DNA of 64,000 nucleotides. Source: Acidimicrobiaceae bacterium. GTDB taxonomy: Bacteria > Actinomycetota > Acidimicrobiia > Acidimicrobiales > Bog-793. Each line of letters starts with the position of its first letter. Positions within the stretch are counted from its first letter, which is position 1. The translations under genes were made by a program, and so were the position numbers. Positions 58,040-64,000 of the stretch are shown in pieces. The notes beneath the pieces are model-generated. The model ran no database searches, was not told where the DNA came from, and saw only the letters and a list, made by a program, of their open reading frames with translations. The stretch is from NCBI GenBank assembly GCA_027306925.1, contig DAHUXW010000089.1, forward strand, positions 1,773 to 65,772, given 5' to 3'.

Positions 58040-58067
58040 CTCAACTCCCGTCGGGCGCGGACGTTAG
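58040..58067 (+). promoter_or_regulatory. Sigma-28-like promoter candidate: CTCAAC-N14-GACGTTAG
   Basis: Lies in the 227-nt gap between the SDR gene and the ThDP-enzyme gene. The spacer is one nt shorter than in the other sites. Confidence 0.4.
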
Positions 58068-58215
58068 GCGACCCTGTAGTCGAACGTGGCAGGAAGCTTT
58101 GTCCCGTGGGCGCCCAACGGATGGGGCGTCGGTGTTGCGCCATCGGATCTGGCGACATCGAGAGTGCGCAGCGTACGTGCGACCTGACTCGCCGCTGTGG
58201 GCAGAGGAGGATGCC

Positions 58216-60108
58216 ATGGGTTCCGATACGGCCGCCGTCGAGTCGGCCGCGCCCGTGCGGGTCGTCGACTGGATCGCCGCGGCGCTGCGAGCCCGCGGCA
58301 TCGACCAGGTGTTCACCGTGACGGGCGGCGGCGCGATGCACCTCGACGACGCGGTCGGCGCGGACGACGCGCTCGACGTCGTGTGCATGCTCCACGAGCA
58401 GGCCGTGGCAATCGCGGCCGAGGCGTACACGAAGGCGTCCGGGAAGCTCGCGCTCGCGCTCGTGACCGCCGGCCCCGGAGGGACGAACGCGATCACCGGT
58501 GTCGCGGGCGCGTGGCTCGACTCGACGCCGATGCTCGTGATCTCCGGCCAGGTGAAGCGGGCCGACCTCGTCGGCACGACCGGCGTGCGCCAGCGTGGCG
58601 TCCAGGAGCTCGACCTCGGCGCGATCGTCAAGTCGATCACGAAGTACACCGCGCTCGTATGCGATCCGCTCCAGATCCGCTACCACCTCGAGCGGGCGCT
58701 CCACCTCGCGACGACTGGACGCCCCGGTCCCGTCTGGCTCGAGGTCCCGCTGGACGTCCAGGCGGCGCTCGTGAGCCGCGCCGAGCTCGTCGGCTTCGAA
58801 CCGTCCGAGCTCGGCGGAGCGACGACGCTCGATCGTCGCGAGGTGCGGCGCGCGGCATCGCTCGTTCTCGACGCGCTCGCCGAGAGCGAGCGCCCGCTCC
58901 TGCTCGTGGGCGCCGGCGTACGCCTCGCGCACGCGGAGCGCGAGCTACTCCGGCTCGTCGACTCACTCGGGATCCCGGTGCTCACCACCTGGCCGGCGAT
59001 GGGACTCGTGGGGGACGAGCACCCGCTGCACCTCGGCCGGCCGGGCCCGCTCGCGGGCCGTGGCTCGAACTTCGTGCTGCAGACCGCGGATCTCGTGCTC
59101 TGCCTCGGGGCGCGACTCGATCTCGTGACGACCGGTTACGACCCGAAGGACTTCGCGCGCAACGCCCGGAAGTTCGTCGTCGACATCGACCCCGCCGAGC
59201 TCGCGAAGCTGGAGGGGGCGATCGACACCGCGATCTGTGCGGACGCCGGCGATTTCATCGCCGAGCTCGCCCGTGAGGCGCCGAGCCGCCCGGCGCGCGA
59301 TCGTCGGCGGTGGGCGGCACGCGGTCGCGAGCTGGTCGAGGCGTACCCGATCGTGTGCGAAGAGCACCGGGCCCGTGGCGGGCGCGTGTCGACGTACCAC
59401 TTCGCCGACGTGCTCTCCGATCTGCTCGGCGACGACGACGTGCTCGCACCGTGTAGCTCGGGGCTCGCGATCGAGATATTCCTGCTCGCCTTGCGCCTGA
59501 GGACCGGTCAACGGGCGGTCTTCACGACGGCGCTCGGCGCCATGGGCTACGGGCCGCCGGCGGCGATCGGCGCATGCATCGCGTCGGGACGGCGACGCAC
59601 GATCTGCGTGGACGGGGACGGAGGGTTCCAGCTGAACGTGCAGGAGCTCGAGACGATCCGCCGGCTCGCGCTTCCCGTGAAGATGTTCGTGCTCGAGAAC
59701 GGCGGCTACGCGTCGATCCGGGCGTCGCAGCAGCGGTGGTTCGGGCGCCTGGTCGGCGCGGACGCGTCGAGTGGCGTGACGCTCCCTCCCGTCGAGGGCC
59801 TCGCACACGCGTACGGCCTTCCGTTCGTCCGCATCGACGGCCACGAGCCCCTCGAGCCCCAGCTGCGCGCCGTCCTCGACGCTCCCGGCCCCGTCGTTTG
59901 CGAGGTTCCGTCGCCGCCGGACGAGCGGCGCGAACCGGCACAGGTGAGCGAGGCCCTCGCGGACGGCGGGATGCGCTCGCGTCCGATCGAGGACCTCGCG
60001 CCGCTCCTGGCGAGAGCGGAGCTCGCGGCGAACCTCGCGGCGGCGTGCGCCGCGACCTCTGACGGGCCGGCGGACGCCCGGCACGAGAACGACGAGGTGC
60101 ACCGATGA
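58216..60108 (+). CDS. Thiamine-diphosphate-dependent enzyme (acetolactate-synthase-like fold; YerE-like candidate)
   Basis: ATG at 58216 preceded by GAGGAGGA. Has VFTVTGGGAMHL, HEQAVAIAAEAYTK, TAGPGGTNAITGVAGAWLDSTPMLVISGQ and the ThDP motif GDGGFQLNVQELET...NGGY. Confidence 0.8.
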   Translation: MGSDTAAVESAAPVRVVDWIAAALRARGIDQVFTVTGGGAMHLDDAVGADDALDVVCMLHEQAVAIAAEAYTKASGKLALALVTAGPGGTNAITGVAGAWLDSTPMLVISGQVKRADLVGTTGVRQRGVQELDLGAIVKSITKYTALVCDPLQIRYHLERALHLATTGRPGPVWLEVPLDVQAALVSRAELVGFEPSELGGATTLDRREVRRAASLVLDALAESERPLLLVGAGVRLAHAERELLRLVDSLGIPVLTTWPAMGLVGDEHPLHLGRPGPLAGRGSNFVLQTADLVLCLGARLDLVTTGYDPKDFARNARKFVVDIDPAELAKLEGAIDTAICADAGDFIAELAREAPSRPARDRRRWAARGRELVEAYPIVCEEHRARGGRVSTYHFADVLSDLLGDDDVLAPCSSGLAIEIFLLALRLRTGQRAVFTTALGAMGYGPPAAIGACIASGRRRTICVDGDGGFQLNVQELETIRRLALPVKMFVLENGGYASIRASQQRWFGRLVGADASSGVTLPPVEGLAHAYGLPFVRIDGHEPLEPQLRAVLDAPGPVVCEVPSPPDERREPAQVSEALADGGMRSRPIEDLAPLLARAELAANLAAACAATSDGPADARHENDEVHR

Positions 60109-61340
60109 CCGTGACTCTCCCCGCGGGCGTCACCGCGGTCGACGGCGAGGCCTCGCTCGAGGCGATGCTCGCCGAGCCGGTCGAGGAAGCGCGCGTGCGC
60201 GAGCGCGGGACGTTCGAGATGGCGGCCCGGCACCGGACCGAGCGCATCGTGCTGCTCGGGGCCGGCGGCCTCGGCCGCCGGACTCTCGCGGGGCTCCGTG
60301 CGGCCGGGGTCGAGCCGCTCGCGTTCGCGGACAACCGTGCGAGCTCGCACGGGTCCACTGTCGACGGTGTCGAGGTGCTCGCCCCGGAGGACGCGTCGGC
60401 ACGCTTCGGTGCGGACGCCGTGTTCGTGGTGACGATCTGGGGCGCGGGTAGCACGCACCGCTTCGCCCACTCACGTGACCAGCTCGTCGCGCTCGGGTGC
60501 GACTGCGTCGTCCCCGCGGCGTGGCTCTTCTGGCGCTACGCCGAGCAGCTTCTCCCGTTCTACGCGCTCGACCTGCCCTCGCGTCTGCTCGAGCAGGCGA
60601 CCGAAGTGCGCACGTGCTACGAGTCGTTCGCGGACGAGCGGTCTCGGGCGGAGTACGTCACGCAGGTTCGCTGGCGCCTCACCGGTGACCCGGGGGGTCT
60701 CGCCCACCCGGTCGGGGAGGCGCAGTACCTCGTCACCGACGTCGCGGTCCCGGCAGACGGCGACGTGGTGCTCGACTGCGGCGCGTACGACGGCGACACG
60801 CTTCGCTCGTGGATGGCGGTGCGCGGCCCGTCGTTCCGGGAGTACGTGGCGATGGAGCCGGACCCGCAGAGCCGCGCCCGTCTCGCTGCGTGCGTCGCGG
60901 CGATGGACGACGGCCTACGGCAGCGCGTTCGGGTCCTCCCGTACTCGGTGGGCGGCCGGACGGGGACCGCGACGTTCAGCGCGTCGGGGTCGCTCTCGTC
61001 ATCGCTCGGCGAGGGAGGCGGGATCGAGGTCGAGTGCGTCCGGCTCGACGACCTGCGCGACGAGCTCGGTGGAGCGTCACCGACCTTCGTGAAGGTGGAC
61101 ATCGAAGGCGCCGAGCTCGACGCGCTCGCGGGCGCGGCGTCGCTCGTTCGCGAGTGCCGACCGATGATCGCGATCGCCGCCTACCACCGCCAGGACCACC
61201 TGTGGCGCGTTCCGCTCGCGGTGCGTGCGCTGTGGCCCGGGTACGCGCTCTTCCTCCGGCCGCACAACGAAGAGGGTTGGGACCTCATCCTCTACGCGGT
61301 TCCGCCGGATCGCGTGCCGGGGCGCCGAACCGCGAAGTGA
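60105..61340 (+). CDS. FkbM family methyltransferase with N-terminal Rossmann-like domain
   Basis: IVLLGAGGLGRR at the N-terminus. FkbM core VLDCGAYDGDT...FVKVDIEGAELDAL. Confidence 0.75.
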   Translation: MTVTLPAGVTAVDGEASLEAMLAEPVEEARVRERGTFEMAARHRTERIVLLGAGGLGRRTLAGLRAAGVEPLAFADNRASSHGSTVDGVEVLAPEDASARFGADAVFVVTIWGAGSTHRFAHSRDQLVALGCDCVVPAAWLFWRYAEQLLPFYALDLPSRLLEQATEVRTCYESFADERSRAEYVTQVRWRLTGDPGGLAHPVGEAQYLVTDVAVPADGDVVLDCGAYDGDTLRSWMAVRGPSFREYVAMEPDPQSRARLAACVAAMDDGLRQRVRVLPYSVGGRTGTATFSASGSLSSSLGEGGGIEVECVRLDDLRDELGGASPTFVKVDIEGAELDALAGAASLVRECRPMIAIAAYHRQDHLWRVPLAVRALWPGYALFLRPHNEEGWDLILYAVPPDRVPGRRTAK

Positions 61341-62380
61341 CCGTGCCCACCTTGCTCGCACACGAGACGGTCGCAGACTGGCTCGACTGGCGCGCCCGCG
61401 CCGCTGCGCGGGCGCACTCCCGGCGCTGGAGCCCGTCTCCGAGCGGTGCGTACTCGCTGTTCGGCGCGGGCGAGGAGCCGCTCGGCGAGGGTGCAGTCGT
61501 GGTCGCGGTCGACGACGTGTCGCCGACGGTGCGCGCCTCGCTCCTCGCCCCCGCCGACCTTCTCGTCGCGCGCGGCGTCCCGGTCGCGCTCCTCGCACCG
61601 GCTCACCTCGCAGATGCGCTCGCGGTGCGCGGCTTTCGCGCGGTCGCGGACTTCCGGGACCCGTCCAGGTCGCCGGTGGCGCCTGCGGCCGTGCTCGCAC
61701 TGTCGCACGCGGTGGGCGCCGGAGCGGCGGGGTGGGTGCTCGCGGGACGCGTGCACGCGCCGTTCCTCGTCGTCCAGCACGGTGTCGTCACCCCGTACGC
61801 GCCGCCTCTTCCCGCGGGTGCCGTCCTTCTCGCATGGTCGGCGCGAGACGCCGCGTTCTGGCTCGCGGGGCGCGTGGAGCTGGAGGTGGAGGTCGTCGGG
61901 AGCGAGCTCCTGTGGCAGGCGGCCCAGCTCCGTCGCGAGCGAGCCGACGCCGGGGAGCGGCTCTGCTTTCTCGGCCAGCTCCACGGAGCGGAGCTGGGGC
62001 GCGACGTGACCGTTCGCACGGTCGCGTCGATCGCGCGCACGCGTCCGGTCCTGTACCGCCCGCATCCCGCGGAGCGCGACCCGCTGAGCCTCGTGCGGCA
62101 CGAGCGGTGGCGCCGTGGGGGAGTCACGGTCGGCTCGCCGAACGTGCCGCTCACCGACGAGGAGGGTCCCGTCGTCGGGATCTTCTCGACGGGGATCCTC
62201 GAGGCGGCCGCGTGCGGCCTGGACGCGTACGCGACGTGCGCCCGCCCGCCCGGGTGGGTGGAGGAACTCTGGCTCCGATACTCGATGGCGCCGCTCGGGG
62301 CCCGCGAGGCAACCGTGGTGACCGTTCCTCCACGGCGACCCGCCGAGGCGATCGCGGACCTCGTGGAGGCGCGGAGGTGA
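61337..62380 (+). CDS. Hypothetical protein, possibly a GT-B-like transferase, within the sugar operon
   Basis: GTG at 61337 (GTGA overlap). The C-terminal RPHPAER...VVGIFSTGILEAAACGLDAY resembles the nucleotide-sugar-binding half of GT-B / capsule-type transferases. This is weak. Confidence 0.4.
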   Translation: MTVPTLLAHETVADWLDWRARAAARAHSRRWSPSPSGAYSLFGAGEEPLGEGAVVVAVDDVSPTVRASLLAPADLLVARGVPVALLAPAHLADALAVRGFRAVADFRDPSRSPVAPAAVLALSHAVGAGAAGWVLAGRVHAPFLVVQHGVVTPYAPPLPAGAVLLAWSARDAAFWLAGRVELEVEVVGSELLWQAAQLRRERADAGERLCFLGQLHGAELGRDVTVRTVASIARTRPVLYRPHPAERDPLSLVRHERWRRGGVTVGSPNVPLTDEEGPVVGIFSTGILEAAACGLDAYATCARPPGWVEELWLRYSMAPLGAREATVVTVPPRRPAEAIADLVEARR

Positions 62381-63081
62381 TCGTCGGGCGCGGCACACCG
62401 TTCCTCGCCGTTGTCCCGGCACGCGGGGGTTCGAAGCGGGTTCCGGGAAAGAACCGGCGTCTTCTCGCGGGACGTCCGCTCGTCGAGTGGTCGATCGAGC
62501 ACGTGGCGCGGTGCACGACGCCGATGCGCCTCGTGGTGAGCACCGACAGCAGCGAGATCGCCGCCCTCGCTGTCGCCGCAGGGGCGGAGGTTCCCTTCAT
62601 CCGCCCGGCGGAGCTCGCGACCGACGAGGCGCCGACCGAGCCGGTGCTCATCCACGCGCTCGACGCGACGCCCGGCGCGTCCGAGGCGGAGCACGTCGTG
62701 CTGCTGCCGCCGACGTCCCCGATCCGCCGCGACGGGTCGATCGACTCGGCGGTCGCCCGTTACCGAGGGCTCGGTGCGGACAGCCTCGTGAGCGTCACCG
62801 AGGCGAGCCCGTTGCAGTGGAGCGGTCCGCTCGACTCGCCGCGGCCGCTCTACGACACGAACGTGCGCCCGCGTCTGCAGAGCGTCGCACCGCAGATGCG
62901 CAGGTACCGGGAGAACGGGAACATCGTCATCACTTCCGCGGCCGGGCTTCGCGCATCGGGCAACCGCATCTGCGGCAAGACGGTGATGTTCGTCATGAGC
63001 CCCGAGGAAGGCATCGACCTCGACCGCGAGTACGACTTCTGGATGGCCGAGCAGTGGTTACGGAGCGCACATGCTTATTGA
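62377..63081 (+). CDS. Acylneuraminate cytidylyltransferase family (CMP-nonulosonic acid synthetase, NeuA/PseF-like)
   Basis: GTG at 62377 (GTGA overlap). Has AVVPARGGSKRVPGKNRRLLAGRPLVEWSIEH and LLPPTSPIRR. Confidence 0.8.
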   Translation: MIVGRGTPFLAVVPARGGSKRVPGKNRRLLAGRPLVEWSIEHVARCTTPMRLVVSTDSSEIAALAVAAGAEVPFIRPAELATDEAPTEPVLIHALDATPGASEAEHVVLLPPTSPIRRDGSIDSAVARYRGLGADSLVSVTEASPLQWSGPLDSPRPLYDTNVRPRLQSVAPQMRRYRENGNIVITSAAGLRASGNRICGKTVMFVMSPEEGIDLDREYDFWMAEQWLRSAHAY

Positions 63082-64000
63082 ACGAGACATCGCACGGTAC
63101 TGCGTCGCGAGCGACGAGACGGTCGAGGAGGCGCTCCGGCAGATCGCGCGCAACGGGAGGCGCACGGTGTTCTGCATCGAGCAGTCCGGAGCGCTCGCGG
63201 GCGTGATCACCGACGGCGACTTCCGCCGCTGGCTCCTCGCGAACCCCGGGGGACCGCTCTCGACGTGCGCGCTGTCGGTCGCGAACCGGTCGTACGTCTC
63301 GGCCCGGTCTGGAGCTTCGTACGACGAGATCGAGGCGCTGTTCAGCGAGGCGATCCAGCTCGTGCCGGTCGTCGACGACCGTGGGCGGCTGGTCGCGGTC
63401 GCGCGTCCCCGCACACGCACGCTGTGGATCTCCGGGCACGAGGTCGCGGCGGGCTCGCCGACGTTCGTCGTCGCGGAGATCGGAATCAACCACAACGGAA
63501 GCCTGGACGTCGCGAAGCGACTCGTCGACGTCGCCGCGCGAGCGGGCGTGAACTGTGCGAAGTTCCAGATGCGCGACCTCGTCTCGCTCTACCGGAACTC
63601 CGGCGCGGTCGGCGACTTCCGCGAGGACCTCGGCCCGCAGTACACGCTCGACCTGCTCGAGCGGTTCTCGCTCGGCGTCGACGAGATGGTGGAGCTCTTC
63701 GACTATTGCCGGAGCGTCGGCCTCGTCCCGCTGTGCACGCCGTGGGACCTCGAGAGCGCACGGGTGCTCGACGACTACGGGATCCCGGCGTACAAGGTCG
63801 CGTCCGCGGACCTCACGAACCACGCGCTCGTGTCGCTCCTCGCGCAGAGCGGACGGCCGGTGATCCTCTCGACGGGAATGTCGACCGAGCAGGAGATCGT
63901 CGAGACCGTCGCGCTGCTCCGGTCGGCCGGGACAGCCTACGCGCTGCTTCACTGCAACTCGACCTACCCGGCGCCGTTCAAGGATGTGAACCTGCGCTAC
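63071..64000 (+). CDS. CBS-domain / N-acetylneuraminate-synthase-family (NeuB/PseI/LegI-like) fusion; 3' end outside the window
   Basis: Own translation from ATG 63071 (open to the window end, so absent from the ORF track). Product starts MLIERDIARYCVASDETVEEALRQIARNGRRTVFCIEQSGALAGVITDGDFRRWL (CBS). It continues FVVAEIGINHNGSLDVAKRLVDVAARAGVNCAKFQMR...YKVASADLTNHALV...LHCNSTYPAP. Confidence 0.8.
   Translation, partial: MLIERDIARYCVASDETVEEALRQIARNGRRTVFCIEQSGALAGVITDGDFRRWLLANPGGPLSTCALSVANRSYVSARSGASYDEIEALFSEAIQLVPVVDDRGRLVAVARPRTRTLWISGHEVAAGSPTFVVAEIGINHNGSLDVAKRLVDVAARAGVNCAKFQMRDLVSLYRNSGAVGDFREDLGPQYTLDLLERFSLGVDEMVELFDYCRSVGLVPLCTPWDLESARVLDDYGIPAYKVASADLTNHALVSLLAQSGRPVILSTGMSTEQEIVETVALLRSAGTAYALLHCNSTYPAPFKDVNLRY

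Overview
Very GC-rich (roughly 70%, not computed exactly) bacterial chromosome segment. The conserved gcvH / FHA(GarA-like) / MerR / DUF151 nuclease / MerR / gcvT order, which matches the mycobacterial Rv1826-Rv1832 neighbourhood from memory, points to Actinomycetota. No rRNA, CRISPR array, transposase or integrase was seen.

The first ~30 kb is housekeeping:
- ispH fragment, radical-SAM/PDZ protein, der, tRNA-Pro(GGG), proS, an IclR regulator
- glgC-glgA, a CDP-alcohol phosphatidyltransferase, an ~830-aa sugar-1-P nucleotidyltransferase/phosphomutase
- the glycine-cleavage cluster, hpt, and MMPL and MFS/TetR transporters

From ~30.2 kb to the window end lies a motility and glycosylation region:
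- two FliA/WhiG-type sigma factors
- a fliA-cheA-cheW-cheB-cheR-cheY-cheX operon
- a CheY-CheX-like fusion plus a degenerate GGDEF protein
- flbD-motA-motB-fliL and flgN-flgK-flgL-fliW
- a convergent flhA / degenerate flhF / small membrane protein / tandem-duplicated csrA-like operon
- a CDP-3,6-dideoxyhexose operon (ddhA/B/C-like)
- a divergent operon: SDR, YerE-like ThDP enzyme, FkbM methyltransferase, an unknown protein, NeuA-like and CBS-NeuB-like

Most interesting observations:
1. The csrA-like gene encodes an internally duplicated, apparently single-chain pseudo-dimeric CsrA. It sits stop-to-stop against fliW.
2. A recurring CTCAA(C/G)-N15(14)-G(C)CG(A/T)TAG motif (sigma-28-like) lies upstream of six operons in the correct orientation. 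Two of them are the sugar operons, which ties the glycan genes to the flagellar regulon.
3. The FlhF homologue has lost all GTPase motifs, and no FlhG is present.
4. The CheY receiver is fused to a CheX/CheC-type phosphatase motif.

Many long Arg/Pro/Gly-rich ORFs in the six-frame track are shadow ORFs caused by GC bias and are not reported.
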